Assembly: GCA_963702205.1 (NCBI GenBank)
Contig: OY969724.1
Span: 288,001-352,000 of the forward strand
Length of the DNA stretch: 64,000 bases
Direction of reading: 5' to 3'
Source: an uncultured candidate division Zixibacteria bacterium
Lineage (GTDB): Bacteria > Zixibacteria > MSB-5A5 > GN15 > PGXB01
Within the stretch, counting starts at the first letter, position 1. Each line of letters opens with the position of its first letter. The notes beneath the pieces were generated by a model that saw only the letters and a program-made list of their open reading frames with translations, had not been told where the DNA came from and did not search any database. Of the stretch, positions 40,949-52,393 are shown in pieces. The translations under genes and the position numbers were made by a program.

Positions 40949-41305
40949 ATGACAAACATAATAAATGCAATATATCCATATAAATGGCAGGGTTTGTGGG
41001 TGTTCGATGATGAAACCGTGGGATTGGAAAAGGAGCCATTTATATCAGGCGCAGATAAAATGATTGATCAGATGGTTGAAAATAAAGGCTTAAAAAACCC
41101 TGCGAAAGGTTTTCGACTTATCTTTAGCGCCGGAGAATTTCCGAATTATGATATAATGTTTGACTGGGTCAGGGAAGGCGACGGTGGCAATTGGTATAAA
41201 TCAGAGGATTTGCACATGGAAGGATGGCTCTGTCCGGCGCTACTTAGATACTTCGATAAAGCCCCCAAGCATATTTTCGCCCGATTTGAAAACAAATTAC
41301 CTTGA
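40949..41305 (+). CDS. Conserved hypothetical protein (DUF6717-like)
   Basis: I.PYK..GLWVFDD...GL.KEPF.SGAD.MID...GWLCPALL.YF..AP; ATG 40949 with GAGG RBS. Confidence 0.75.
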   Translation: MTNIINAIYPYKWQGLWVFDDETVGLEKEPFISGADKMIDQMVENKGLKNPAKGFRLIFSAGEFPNYDIMFDWVREGDGGNWYKSEDLHMEGWLCPALLRYFDKAPKHIFARFENKLP

Positions 41306-41319
41306 TTTTTCATAATCAA

Positions 41320-41341
41320 AAGGCGGCCTTTCGACCGCCTT
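41320..41341. terminator. Probable bidirectional terminator
   Basis: AAGGCGG-cctttcga-CCGCCTT hairpin between convergent genes. Confidence 0.65.
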
Positions 41342-41358
41342 ATATTGTGCTCAAGCCA

Positions 41359-44300
41359 TTATGGGCATTGTGGCTCAGGGCCTGGTGGAGTGCCGTACTT
41401 GAAGTCGATCAAATATAATATGTCAATCAGGTTGATGCTGCCATCAGCGTTTACATCTCCTGCATTCATCGGCGTAGGGGGATCACCGGGTGGTGTGCCA
41501 TATTTATAATCGATCAGATATAGGATATCGATGAGATTTACGTTTCCATCAGCATTAACATCGCCGCAGATATAATCGCAAGCGTCGCCGATACCATCAC
41601 TATCAGTATCCTCCTGGTCGGGGTTGTAAACGGTCGGACAATTATCTACCATGCCACAGACATTGTCCTGATCAATATCATCACCGGGGGTATAGCTGAA
41701 ATGTATCCACCCAGTGCCAATGGAACAAGTTCCGATTTCATCAACGGCCTGCACGGCCCAATATAATTCTTGGGAGAGATTAAGCGACGACGGTAAAGCC
41801 AGAACGGTATCTGCTCTAAGAGCATAAGGTGCAATTGAGTCGGTGGATATTGAATCGTCCGATATCCAAACCTTATAAAAAATATCACCGCCACCTGTTG
41901 TTGAAGAAGTTGTCCATGTAAGCGTCAGACTATCTGTACATACAACGTCCCCGAAGGAGGGAGTCATGATTGTCGGTGCTGATGGTGCACCAGCAGCTGT
42001 CAATTCAAAGTCAACAACTACAGATTCCCCTTCCGCAATATCCACAATCTTGTAGGCCGAATCACAGCGGAAGCCATTAAGTGCTACGGAAATAACATAT
42101 GTTCCCGGCGATAAAGCGTCGAAAGCAAATGGTGTATGCTTATTCGTGGCCACTCCATTAATAATTATGGACGCTCCCGGCTGAGATGAGGATATTGTAA
42201 TTTGACAATCATTAGCGGTATCCAATTCGATTAGATCAAATACCTGATTTGACATGAACATTTGGGCGTTTCTGAATTCCGCGGTCACAATCTTCGTACC
42301 TGGATCTCCGGATAGACTAAGATTGACGGAATCCGTCATGGGGTTCCATGATGCGGAGGAAATGTCCACACCCTCTACCAACCGGTATTCGGTGGCGTCA
42401 TCACAGCGCAAAGTCACCATCAATATCGAGTCAGCCGTGACCAAATCTCCATGGTTAATGGTCACAGATGCCGATCGTGGCCCCACCCACACAGTGTCAG
42501 GCTGCAAATAAAGGTCAAGATTGAATTCGGGTGTAAATTCATTAACGGTAAGCGGGATCATAGACTCCTGCCAGCCATTGCCAACGCATCTAATAATATA
42601 ATCTCCCGGAGGTATATTTTGAATAACCGCCACGCCATTGGCATCGGCCAGATATTTTTGGTTGGAAGACCAGCCGGAATTATACCAGTCCAAAGGAATT
42701 AATTCAATGCGAATTCCGGATATGTCCGATACTGAGTCATCAAATGAATCTTTCCCCGAATAATTTTTCCATGACACTCCTCCTCTACCACCTGGCCTTA
42801 TTCGAAACAACGCTCGTGCCCACAGCTCACTCAAGCAATTCGTAGCAGGTTCGTTACCCACATTCAAGCCGGCAAGAAAATCCCGATAATCAATTACATT
42901 GCTCCACTCTTCATCGCTGCCATCTTGAACAAGCTGGCCATGATTCAATCTACTGCTGATGGCTTGTACATCAGTTTCAGGGAGCCACATGCTCGAAAGA
43001 GGCGCAGCATCTTCCCACACAATCAAGCCATCATGAGAATACGGTGCAAGGATCTGGAGTAGTATTTCTTGAAATACATTTGTGTCATCGTTACTTTCCA
43101 ATAGGACCGTACGATGATATTTTAAGCAACCTCGGCTAAAAAGATACCTAATATCTGGAGGAAGGTGGTGATCATTTGGATTATTCAATATTTGTGTCAG
43201 ATACTCAGCATCCGGTGGCATAAACTCAGAAACTGCCGGGCTGTTGCGCAAATCAATTATTCGAGATGGTGGGGGTCCAAGTTCTAGTGCAGGGTACAAT
43301 TCTGTTATGACATAATCAAATAATTTGCTTTCCAAAATCCCGCCCACTAAGGACAATATGCGGGCCCCCCTATGGGGTGTTCCCGCGGTTATAATGTCGC
43401 TCACAGTCACTTGTAAAGGATATGTCTCACCCTCCGGCGTAATGGCCAAATTTTCAAGGCAACTTCGTGATACTAAACCACCCATACTATGAGCAATGAT
43501 CGCCAATCCATCACCCGGGTCAGTTTCTCCATTAATTTCTTCGAGGGCGTGCGCCATTCCCCATGCAGAAATTCTTACATTGTCAGAATTTGGGTATTCA
43601 AAAGTCCAAAATCTTGAGCCCGCACCATTTAACTCATTTACTAAGTTATTATTATGCCAAACTGAGGAAGTTGATACAAAACCGTGTACAAATATGACCG
43701 GTTTCGTTGATGACTCGGATGCGTATGGTTCAATCTTTGAAAAATGAAATACATAGAGTGAATCGGATATTGTCGTAATCGGAACATCGTCTTCGTATGC
43801 TTCAATGTTCATGTACCATTTTGCTGATGATAGAGAATTGATCCAGGTATCACTTAGTGTGAAGTAATTCGTGCGTTCCGTTCTGTCACCAGGTGATGTA
43901 ATATTATCTATTGAAGATGATCTTCCATCAAAAACAAAACTGATATCATAACTTGTCGCGCCAGGAATGTGATCCCATCCTATTGTACGATAACCATCTG
44001 CATTTAGGATAAGATGGTGAACGTATGTCGTAATTTCGGCCGGTGCAATGGAAGATGCAATTGTCTGACCAGATTCATTTACACCGTCAATCGATAGAGT
44101 TATTTGTTCCATTGGTATGTTGGGCAACTGGCAGCTCTTTTCACCGGCGTCGACCGGGTAACCGGGCGGTAAGACACCAGTAATTTCAACTCTTTCTGAC
44201 ATTAGCGGCGTCTGATAATATAGTCTGACATATTTAATCTCCGATCCCGGGTTATAAATCCATGCGAGATTAATTGTCTCTCCGATATTATAGCCCCTGT

Positions 44301-47300
44301 CTTCTGCCGGGGAAACCAATTCAATAAAATCGGTCGTTTCCATAACAGTCACATTGTCAAACGAAATATCGCAACTGCCATGATAACCGGTCCAGCATGC
44401 AACCCCAATTCCGCCCGAAGGGTAAAGGTCGTCGGGATCCAAATATTCCAATACAAGATTGTCATCCACGTATATTTGAAAATAATTACCAACGCATCTG
44501 ACTTTTAATCTATACCATACGTTGTTTTGAGAAGAGTATGGCTGAACCGCCACATCTGCAAAATACACTCCCCCTATCATCTTATCAAATGTGATTTCGT
44601 CAATTCCGGCAGCTGGATAATCCGAACGCAAATTAATAGCATAATAATTCTGGTCATCCTGATATCGAAAAACCAAAACCTTATCAACGCCATCATTTCC
44701 TTTTACGTCGGCTTCGAAATCGTAGTCATGCCATCCATTATTTCCGATAGTTTTGATGCACCATTTTTCGTATCCACTGTTCGATGTTGATAATATCCCA
44801 TCGTTGATAGTCCAGGTGCATTCATCACCCGTTTCCTGCCAGGCCGGATCGAGGCCATCCTCAAAATCATCACAAAACATGCCCTCAAAGTTATCGCAAA
44901 ATGAAGGTGGTGATAATGTGTAATCAACAACCGCGACGTTGTCATCGGGATTGAAATCGTCTGGCACAATATCGGAAAGCTCGGCCCTCACATATACGCT
45001 GGTCTCCATCGGTAATACCCAATTGAAATCGACTTTCGAAGAGTCACCGTAGCCAGAGACCGATACCATATCGCTTGCGATAGTCACTTCACTCATCGAT
45101 TGTGTAATATATTTTAAAGTAACCGTACCCTCGGCATCGAGACCGCCGGTGTTCCACACCCAGATGGTAGCTATAATTTCTTCACCCGGTTTGCCATTTT
45201 CTTTCGAGAACAATATGGAGTTCTCGTCAACCCTCAAGTTTGCAACCGTCCCGACTACAATGTCGCGGGTCGCAACGTTATTCAATTCATTCAATTCATC
45301 AATACGATGGGCTGCATCTCCGATGACCGTTATAGTGTGTTGATTTTGTGGAATGATGGTGGCAATCCAAGGCTCCGTCGCAGTCGCGGTCCGGTAATTA
45401 TTATCGTACCCTATCGGAATAGAATCGATCCAGACGGTGTCACCGAGCATCGCGTCATCGATCTTAAAAACCACCGAAACCGATTCGGCGGTGATTTCTC
45501 CGATATTCCAGATGGTTGCATCCATAGTGACTGATTCGTCGATGTCAGGATTTATGTTAGACGGGTCAATATGTTCGGAATAAAGCCAGATGTCAGGTTT
45601 ATACGGATAAACGTATATAGAGTCAACATAGTCATTGTTAGACGTATTACATTCAGGATAATCATCGGAATAATCCGCTCTTATAGTAATACGATGCCAG
45701 CCCGTGGTTTCAAACGTGTGTGTTATAAAACCTGATCGATGGTTAAAGGCGGATGGCTGCAATGAGTCAACCGCAATATATCCTAATATTCCGTCGATAT
45801 TATCCGAGATTTCAACAGTTACGTCGTCAAATATCGGGAAAAGTCCATAGTTCCTAATGCACCCGGTTATATAGATTGGGTTATTTATATATACTCCCGG
45901 CATTCCGTTATGACAGCTATCCACAAAGCAAGCGCCGGATGCCGGCTGACCGCAACGACTTGTGTAATATGTTGCCAAATCAAAAGTTAAGGTAGCTTTT
46001 GCCCTATTATTGTCATCATGATACTCATCTATAATATTGGCAAGATCAACAAACACAGAAACACTGCAGGCTTCGAAATCAACAGTCCAAAGTGCATTGG
46101 ATGTATCGATTACGGTTTCTCCAATCGCAATATTGACAATGGTATCAACTGAAAATATTGCATCGTCAATATAATAGTGTAATATAACCTCATCGGCTGC
46201 GGCATTTCCGATATTCGAGACTTCTATTGTGAACCTTGTAGTATCTTCGGCCTGGACGGGAATGTGTGGCTGTATGTTGTTGACTGCTTTTAAACGCGAA
46301 TTATTAGTGTATAAATCAGGCTTTAAAGCGACGACATTAATATTCACCGATTTGGTATTATTATATTCATTACATTCCGGGATAGCTTCATTGGGGTCGA
46401 CCACAGCGGTAATTGTATGAGGGCCTGATTCGGAAAATGAATGGCTGATCGCCGCCGTATGTTTGGAACCAAAAGCCGCCAGCGAGCCAATTTCGGTCGA
46501 ATCAAATAAAATCTCATTGTCATAGAAATATACTTTTATATTTTCCGCTAGTCTTCCGCCATAATTAGATATTCGTGTCGATATCGTAATCTGTTGACCT
46601 TGCAGGGGGTTGGATGGGGACATCCAAATGGTTTCTTCTACAAGATCAGGGCAATTCGGCCATACTTTATGACAAATTGATGAATAGTTATCTCCCTCAT
46701 TACATTCATCGACCGAATGTGATTCATCGGCGATCACGTAAACACAATGATTTCCAGTCTGGCTATAGGTGATTTGTCCGGATGGAAATGAGAATGATGC
46801 ACCCGGCAAGAGTGTATCGATATCAATTTCATCCAAATACATATCACCATTTTTTATAACTGCAGTAAAATTAAACGCAGTATCGTTGCCGGCGTTATAT
46901 ACCGATGCAGTATACGTTGTCGTGGCGTTGTAATCTAATGTTAAGGGCAAGTTAGTCAGGCTCAAAGTGGTTTTCAGGTTTGGACATACCGGATCCGGTA
47001 TGTAACAATCAGAAACACTAAGCGTGAGGGTATCCGTGGCGGTTAAAGTAAAGTCGGTTAATTCAACCTCAAGGTGATATGTGCCTAGATCAAGCGGGCC
47101 AATGAAATTTATATAAAAACCGCCGCTTTGATTCGAATGACCTGACCAGCTTTGCTGTGTTTCCAGATTCGTAATCGTCACTTGACCACCGATTACCGGT
47201 CCAAGGTTATCTGAAGGCGGAAGATAATAGTAGCCATTCCCGTTGACGGAAATATAAGATAACGGACACACAGAAGAAGCTGTATTGGCGTTAAGACCTA

Positions 47301-50300
47301 TGGCCCCAGGTACCGTATATTCACCTACCTGGACGGGACGAACGGCGCTATTGTTTTCTTCATTCCATTCTTCTATATCATTATGCGGATCAATCTCGAT
47401 AGTAATGGGATAAAAGCCGATCTCCGTAAATTGCCAGTCTTTATTGGGCAAATTGAAATAACCTGAAGGTAGGACGTCAATAATTGTCGAATCAACGAGA
47501 ATATTGTCGAAATTCACCTGCTCCCAGTAATAGACCAGTACATCGGTCTGTGCAATGTCTGAATTATTATATATTTGAACATATGATTGGATGATTTCAT
47601 CGACATCCGGGTTGTATTCCGAAAAGTCTATCATAGAAGCGTAAATATATAGGTCCACGCTTTCGTCTAACACTACTGGCCCGTCAAATATAGTCGCCCC
47701 GTTCGCAATATTCCCGATAGCGGCATTTCCTGAGCTGTCATAGGCGATAACCATATACCTGTTCAGATTTCCTGCAGGCAAGTATGGAACTACGCAATAA
47801 TAGATTACACCGGAAGCAAAATCACCGGGAGATTCCATCTGCATCGTGTAAACTTCATCAAACAGGCTGTCATCGAATATGCCGTCATAATTGAGTCGAA
47901 GCTTCGGATAGCCGGGCATTGGGGCATCACCCTGAGGATCAGAATACTTGATTTTGAATACATAGTCCTGATTTGAGATACCGGTATCAGGTTCAACAAG
48001 ATCACTTTCATAACCGCTGCCATTAGTGAAGGCCAGTGTCGGGGAGGGTTCAAAGGCACAAACCGACTGATTGAATAATATCTCTATAAGGCTTGGCTCG
48101 TAATGAAAAATAGCCAAGTCGCATATCTGGTCCCCGTCATAATCCGCCCCAATGACACCTACAGGGTGATCGGCAACATGAAGATTGTGCGTCAATTCAA
48201 ATGTTCCATCCCCGTTATTCAGGAGAACAGACGTGCGGTTTGCTTCCATATGGGCGACGACCAAGTCTACGTCAGAATCACAATCAAAATCCTCTGCATA
48301 CATAACCTGGAAGTTATAACCAATTGAATCTATTTGATAAAAAAACGGAGATTGAAAAGACCCATCACCATTATTCATCATTATCTCAAGTGTATCGCTA
48401 TTAGCTATTGTCATAGCAATATCTGCATCATTATCGCCGTCGAAATCTCCGCCACACATTACATATGATCCATAGGCACAACCATTCTCAAGCGGATTCT
48501 GAAATGTTCCATCGCCGTTATTAATACTCACCAGTAAAGCGCCATTTGGATTTAGTGAGGCAATGTCAATAGAACCATCTTGATTGAAATCATCTGCATA
48601 TAAATCGTACACATATCCAGGATAAATATTACTTTGATAGACAAAGGAACCGTCTCCATTATTTAATAAGATGCTTATCATACCCCAATAATCATTAGAT
48701 ACTGCCAAATCTATATCACCGTCTAAATCAAAATCGCCGGGTGCCAATGCCAAAGGTGATTGATCGCAATAGTAATATTGAACCGGTCCAAAGCTCCCGT
48801 CACCATTATTTAATAGCACACCAATGTTATTGTCCCAGTACAATGACACAACCAAATCACTGTCATTGTCGTTATCAATATCCGCCATAATCATGCAAAG
48901 TGACATACCATAAATGTCCAATGAATCATGGAGTTGGAATGTGCCGGAGCCGTCGTTGTACATGGTATATATCCTAGACGTATTTATGTCGAGGGTCGTG
49001 ATGTCATTATCCCCATCGGCATCAATATCCCCGGAACATGCATAAATCAAATTTTCACCCACCGGACATATATTCCCAGGTAAAAATATCGTGTCAAAAG
49101 GAAATGAATTCATATGAAAAATGACGTTGCACGAAGCGTCAAATAGCCCGTCGCTTACTCCAATAGTGACACCTATATCCTGATCGGCGATATCAGGGGT
49201 GTATGTTAAGAAACCAGTATTTTCATCAATATCAAGGGGACCTACCGCTCCGCCATCATTTAGTATATAAAAATTCAAGGCGTCACAATCGGAGACGCGA
49301 GCGGGCTTTTCTATTGGCACATTCCAAAAACCGTTAATGATTGTATCACATCCTGCATAAAAGATGGGTCCGTCATTATAAAGATTAACGAATAAAGAAC
49401 AGGTTTGACAAAATTCAGGATCGCGATTTTGGTCACAACCCTGGATTATCACAGTATCACTTCCTTCTTGAATGTCATGGAAGAAATCACAGCTCCAAAA
49501 ACCGGTTTGGACCACGATTGCGCCTGGGCCTTCAGGTATACTGTATTCATAGCCCGGAGGAAATCCAAAATTGGTTTGAAAATCGTACACTGCTTGCTGG
49601 CAGTGTTCTACATTTAATGTTTGGGAATAGTATGGGTATTCGTCACATAGATCACCAATTCCGTCTTCGTCGGAATCATCCTGATCGGGGTTTACATAAT
49701 ACGGGCAATTATCGGAGGCATTGACAATGCCGTCGCAATCATAATCGTTATCACAGCCAATATTCCAGCAATAAGGGCCACCAAAATCCGGAACAGGGCT
49801 TTCAAAAAGCCAATCATATGTGTAAATGGGGTGATCAACAGAGTTGATACAGAAGGTGCCGGCTTCATTTATTTTGAAGTTAAACGAAATATATTTCTTT
49901 TCACCCAGACCGGCAGGCCAAGCGGCGCAGCCTGCTACTTTCATAGCACTAAAGTTAATTGTGTCGGGTAGTGATCCGTCCCAGCTGAATTCGATCAGCG
50001 TATCCAAAGCAGAAAAATAACCTGTAGAATATTCAGGTTCAAAACCATTCATTAGCTCGACTGATCCTGTGCTTGCATAGGCATTTGTATTAATATGTTC
50101 GACATTTGAAATGCTGCCATCAGGGCTATAAAAGACAAATGACATGGAGCATCCGGTACGAGCAATGTCGTTGTTATTTATATAGATGCCAATTTGAAAA
50201 GGAGTATTATAAGAGACAACTCCCGGCATAAATTCAGGAGATGCTGCAGCTCGCATAGTTATGGCATTTACACTGGGTAGAGTACCCATATAAAGTATTG

Positions 50301-50328
50301 TCAGACAAAAAATTATTTTTTTATACAT
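41359..50328 (-). CDS. 2989-aa secreted mosaic protein: TSP3-like, FG-GAP, multiple CARDB/Ig-like, DUF1080/LamG-like, alpha/beta hydrolase, PEGA, dockerin-like C-terminus
   Basis: Signal peptide; DNCP...NPDQ.D.D.DGIGD.CD; FG-GAP repeats; repeated D....I.E.NE.NN CARDB ends; VIFVHGF/AHSMGG/GTPHRG hydrolase; SSQPGASIIING PEGA; duplicated GDVNADG..NLIDILYLI. Confidence 0.9.
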   Translation of the reverse strand: MYKKIIFCLTILYMGTLPSVNAITMRAAASPEFMPGVVSYNTPFQIGIYINNNDIARTGCSMSFVFYSPDGSISNVEHINTNAYASTGSVELMNGFEPEYSTGYFSALDTLIEFSWDGSLPDTINFSAMKVAGCAAWPAGLGEKKYISFNFKINEAGTFCINSVDHPIYTYDWLFESPVPDFGGPYCWNIGCDNDYDCDGIVNASDNCPYYVNPDQDDSDEDGIGDLCDEYPYYSQTLNVEHCQQAVYDFQTNFGFPPGYEYSIPEGPGAIVVQTGFWSCDFFHDIQEGSDTVIIQGCDQNRDPEFCQTCSLFVNLYNDGPIFYAGCDTIINGFWNVPIEKPARVSDCDALNFYILNDGGAVGPLDIDENTGFLTYTPDIADQDIGVTIGVSDGLFDASCNVIFHMNSFPFDTIFLPGNICPVGENLIYACSGDIDADGDNDITTLDINTSRIYTMYNDGSGTFQLHDSLDIYGMSLCMIMADIDNDNDSDLVVSLYWDNNIGVLLNNGDGSFGPVQYYYCDQSPLALAPGDFDLDGDIDLAVSNDYWGMISILLNNGDGSFVYQSNIYPGYVYDLYADDFNQDGSIDIASLNPNGALLVSINNGDGTFQNPLENGCAYGSYVMCGGDFDGDNDADIAMTIANSDTLEIMMNNGDGSFQSPFFYQIDSIGYNFQVMYAEDFDCDSDVDLVVAHMEANRTSVLLNNGDGTFELTHNLHVADHPVGVIGADYDGDQICDLAIFHYEPSLIEILFNQSVCAFEPSPTLAFTNGSGYESDLVEPDTGISNQDYVFKIKYSDPQGDAPMPGYPKLRLNYDGIFDDSLFDEVYTMQMESPGDFASGVIYYCVVPYLPAGNLNRYMVIAYDSSGNAAIGNIANGATIFDGPVVLDESVDLYIYASMIDFSEYNPDVDEIIQSYVQIYNNSDIAQTDVLVYYWEQVNFDNILVDSTIIDVLPSGYFNLPNKDWQFTEIGFYPITIEIDPHNDIEEWNEENNSAVRPVQVGEYTVPGAIGLNANTASSVCPLSYISVNGNGYYYLPPSDNLGPVIGGQVTITNLETQQSWSGHSNQSGGFYINFIGPLDLGTYHLEVELTDFTLTATDTLTLSVSDCYIPDPVCPNLKTTLSLTNLPLTLDYNATTTYTASVYNAGNDTAFNFTAVIKNGDMYLDEIDIDTLLPGASFSFPSGQITYSQTGNHCVYVIADESHSVDECNEGDNYSSICHKVWPNCPDLVEETIWMSPSNPLQGQQITISTRISNYGGRLAENIKVYFYDNEILFDSTEIGSLAAFGSKHTAAISHSFSESGPHTITAVVDPNEAIPECNEYNNTKSVNINVVALKPDLYTNNSRLKAVNNIQPHIPVQAEDTTRFTIEVSNIGNAAADEVILHYYIDDAIFSVDTIVNIAIGETVIDTSNALWTVDFEACSVSVFVDLANIIDEYHDDNNRAKATLTFDLATYYTSRCGQPASGACFVDSCHNGMPGVYINNPIYITGCIRNYGLFPIFDDVTVEISDNIDGILGYIAVDSLQPSAFNHRSGFITHTFETTGWHRITIRADYSDDYPECNTSNNDYVDSIYVYPYKPDIWLYSEHIDPSNINPDIDESVTMDATIWNIGEITAESVSVVFKIDDAMLGDTVWIDSIPIGYDNNYRTATATEPWIATIIPQNQHTITVIGDAAHRIDELNELNNVATRDIVVGTVANLRVDENSILFSKENGKPGEEIIATIWVWNTGGLDAEGTVTLKYITQSMSEVTIASDMVSVSGYGDSSKVDFNWVLPMETSVYVRAELSDIVPDDFNPDDNVAVVDYTLSPPSFCDNFEGMFCDDFEDGLDPAWQETGDECTWTINDGILSTSNSGYEKWCIKTIGNNGWHDYDFEADVKGNDGVDKVLVFRYQDDQNYYAINLRSDYPAAGIDEITFDKMIGGVYFADVAVQPYSSQNNVWYRLKVRCVGNYFQIYVDDNLVLEYLDPDDLYPSGGIGVACWTGYHGSCDISFDNVTVMETTDFIELVSPAEDRGYNIGETINLAWIYNPGSEIKYVRLYYQTPLMSERVEITGVLPPGYPVDAGEKSCQLPNIPMEQITLSIDGVNESGQTIASSIAPAEITTYVHHLILNADGYRTIGWDHIPGATSYDISFVFDGRSSSIDNITSPGDRTERTNYFTLSDTWINSLSSAKWYMNIEAYEDDVPITTISDSLYVFHFSKIEPYASESSTKPVIFVHGFVSTSSVWHNNNLVNELNGAGSRFWTFEYPNSDNVRISAWGMAHALEEINGETDPGDGLAIIAHSMGGLVSRSCLENLAITPEGETYPLQVTVSDIITAGTPHRGARILSLVGGILESKLFDYVITELYPALELGPPPSRIIDLRNSPAVSEFMPPDAEYLTQILNNPNDHHLPPDIRYLFSRGCLKYHRTVLLESNDDTNVFQEILLQILAPYSHDGLIVWEDAAPLSSMWLPETDVQAISSRLNHGQLVQDGSDEEWSNVIDYRDFLAGLNVGNEPATNCLSELWARALFRIRPGGRGGVSWKNYSGKDSFDDSVSDISGIRIELIPLDWYNSGWSSNQKYLADANGVAVIQNIPPGDYIIRCVGNGWQESMIPLTVNEFTPEFNLDLYLQPDTVWVGPRSASVTINHGDLVTADSILMVTLRCDDATEYRLVEGVDISSASWNPMTDSVNLSLSGDPGTKIVTAEFRNAQMFMSNQVFDLIELDTANDCQITISSSQPGASIIINGVATNKHTPFAFDALSPGTYVISVALNGFRCDSAYKIVDIAEGESVVVDFELTAAGAPSAPTIMTPSFGDVVCTDSLTLTWTTSSTTGGGDIFYKVWISDDSISTDSIAPYALRADTVLALPSSLNLSQELYWAVQAVDEIGTCSIGTGWIHFSYTPGDDIDQDNVCGMVDNCPTVYNPDQEDTDSDGIGDACDYICGDVNADGNVNLIDILYLIDYKYGTPPGDPPTPMNAGDVNADGSINLIDILYLIDFKYGTPPGPEPQCP

Positions 50329-50377
50329 TTAAATCTCCCAGTATAAATATGTATGTAACTAAAAAAATATGTTTGTC

Positions 50378-52168
50378 TTATGGCAAACAAGGTGGTGGCC
50401 CGTTCTTGTACAGAAATTGAAGTAGAAAAAGGATATCTAATAAGCTGGTTGATCCGTCACAGTTGACATCGCCTCTAGTGATTGGATCGGGTGGAGGACC
50501 ACCACAAAACAAGAATTTATTTAGGAAAATTACGTCGAGAATATTCACAAGATTATCAGCGTTGACATCACCGTCCGGGTTTTCACAGAGGTCGCCGATA
50601 CCGTCTGAATTGGAATCTTCCTGAAGCGGATTATATACATATAGGCAATTATCGCTGCCATTTTCATACCCATCGTTGTCCCAGTCATTATCGCATAAAT
50701 CCCCGATTCCATCGTTTTCATAATCGGCCTGATTGGGATTTGCGACGGCCGGGCAGTTGTCACATCCTGTCGGAACTCCATCATCGTCCGGGTCGACATT
50801 ATCGTCGTATCCCGGGCAAATGTCGCATTCATCTCCAAAGCCGTCTCCGTCACTATCGAACTGGCCGGGATTATAAAATGAGAGACAATTGTCGCAATCG
50901 TCAGGGATCAGGTCATTATCCGTGTCGGTTTCCGGATGGCCGGGACACAAATCACAAGCATCTCCAAAGCCATCGCCGTCAGAATCCGCCTGCCCGGCGT
51001 TAGGTTCGAACAGGCAATTGTCGAGGGAGTCATTGATACCGTCACTATCGCGATCACCGGAAATGTTGTTATTTAATAAAATACCGGCGCCACCCCCCAG
51101 ATCGCTCAGGGAATTAATCGAAGTAATTATATCCAAGTCGTTGTCATTGTCTACGTCACATGCAAATATGGAAGATGGAGAGACAGGCGACGTCTTGGTT
51201 ATACCGGCCTGAAAAGTTCCATTGCCGTTGTTCTCAAATAAAATCAAGTCGCCGGCAGTGCTCGATCCAATCGCTATATCGATCGAGCCATCGCCCGTGA
51301 AATCGGCACCATATATTGAAGTCACGTAGCCGCTGCCCAGATATGTCCCATAAGTATTAAACTGCCCGCTCCCGTCATTTAGAAAGACTTCATAGCCGCC
51401 GGTGACTTTAGATATAGCCAGGTCGATATCATTGTCTCCATCAAGATCATTCGATGATATATAAAGAGGCCCAGTGCAACTGAAACTCGAAGGCGATTGA
51501 AACGTGCCGTCCCCGTTGCCGAACAAGATATATATCAAATTCTGGGCGTTTGTAGCGGCAAGATCCGCAATATCATCATTGTTATAATCCGATGTGGAAA
51601 TTCCCTTCACGTTCGACCCGACGTCATAGCTGGTAGGACCCGTCAATGCACCATTGCCATCATTCATCAGAATCGATATGGTCCCGCTTGTGCCGTTGGG
51701 CACGGCAATGTCGTTATGCATGTCACCGTTAAAATCACCACAAGCGATGGTGTAATTATTCTCCGTAGGCAAATCGTAATTTACCGGCGTTTGAAAACCG
51801 CCAGTCCCGTCATTTAATAACACTGATATGAAACTTGCGTCATCAAAGCCAAATACCAAGTCGATAGAATTATTATTATCAATTTTTGCGGCAATCAGCG
51901 TCGAGGGTGCTTCATCAGTTGAATAAAAAGACGGCTGCCGGAAAGTGCCGTCACCATTGCCCAAAAATATTGCAATTTTAAGATGATCGTATATTGCCGC
52001 AGCGATGTCCTGGTTCGCATCACCATTGAAATCCGCCGCTACGACGGATCTTGCGTGGCCGTAAGAACTAACGACATAATAGTCTCGAAAGGATATTTCT
52101 GCTGAATAGCTGTTTGAAACGAAGATTGCTGCAGCTATAAAAATAATGATTATGTTTGCCTTAGACAT
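50378..52168 (-). CDS. Secreted FG-GAP + thrombospondin type-3 repeat protein with dockerin-like C-terminus
   Basis: Signal peptide; about 7 D(F/L).GDG..D(I/L)A repeats; DNC...N..Q.D.DGDG.GD.CD repeats; GDVNADNLVNILDVIFL...GDVNCDGSTSLLDILFL. Confidence 0.9.
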   Translation of the reverse strand: MSKANIIIIFIAAAIFVSNSYSAEISFRDYYVVSSYGHARSVVAADFNGDANQDIAAAIYDHLKIAIFLGNGDGTFRQPSFYSTDEAPSTLIAAKIDNNNSIDLVFGFDDASFISVLLNDGTGGFQTPVNYDLPTENNYTIACGDFNGDMHNDIAVPNGTSGTISILMNDGNGALTGPTSYDVGSNVKGISTSDYNNDDIADLAATNAQNLIYILFGNGDGTFQSPSSFSCTGPLYISSNDLDGDNDIDLAISKVTGGYEVFLNDGSGQFNTYGTYLGSGYVTSIYGADFTGDGSIDIAIGSSTAGDLILFENNGNGTFQAGITKTSPVSPSSIFACDVDNDNDLDIITSINSLSDLGGGAGILLNNNISGDRDSDGINDSLDNCLFEPNAGQADSDGDGFGDACDLCPGHPETDTDNDLIPDDCDNCLSFYNPGQFDSDGDGFGDECDICPGYDDNVDPDDDGVPTGCDNCPAVANPNQADYENDGIGDLCDNDWDNDGYENGSDNCLYVYNPLQEDSNSDGIGDLCENPDGDVNADNLVNILDVIFLNKFLFCGGPPPDPITRGDVNCDGSTSLLDILFLLQFLYKNGPPPCLP

Positions 52169-52366
52169 AATTACCCCAACCCTTAAATGTGCTTTTATGA
52201 AAATTTTACTGAACTATCTAATATAAGCCTCCGAGAAGTCACTCATTGGATCAATAACTCAAAGCTGGTATTGGACGAAGTATGCTTATTATATTATGGC
52301 CGTGCCCAAAACCTATATAATATATATAATATTGTCTTATCTGGCAACAATCGAAAATTCACGATT

Positions 52367-52393
52367 TGTGCCCATCCTGTGTCCATGGGTCAC
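52367..52393 (+). repeat. Putative integrase arm-type sites (right)
   Basis: TGTGCCCA (52367) and TGTGTCCA (52378), 11-bp period, followed by an inverted degenerate copy TGGGTCAC. Confidence 0.7.
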
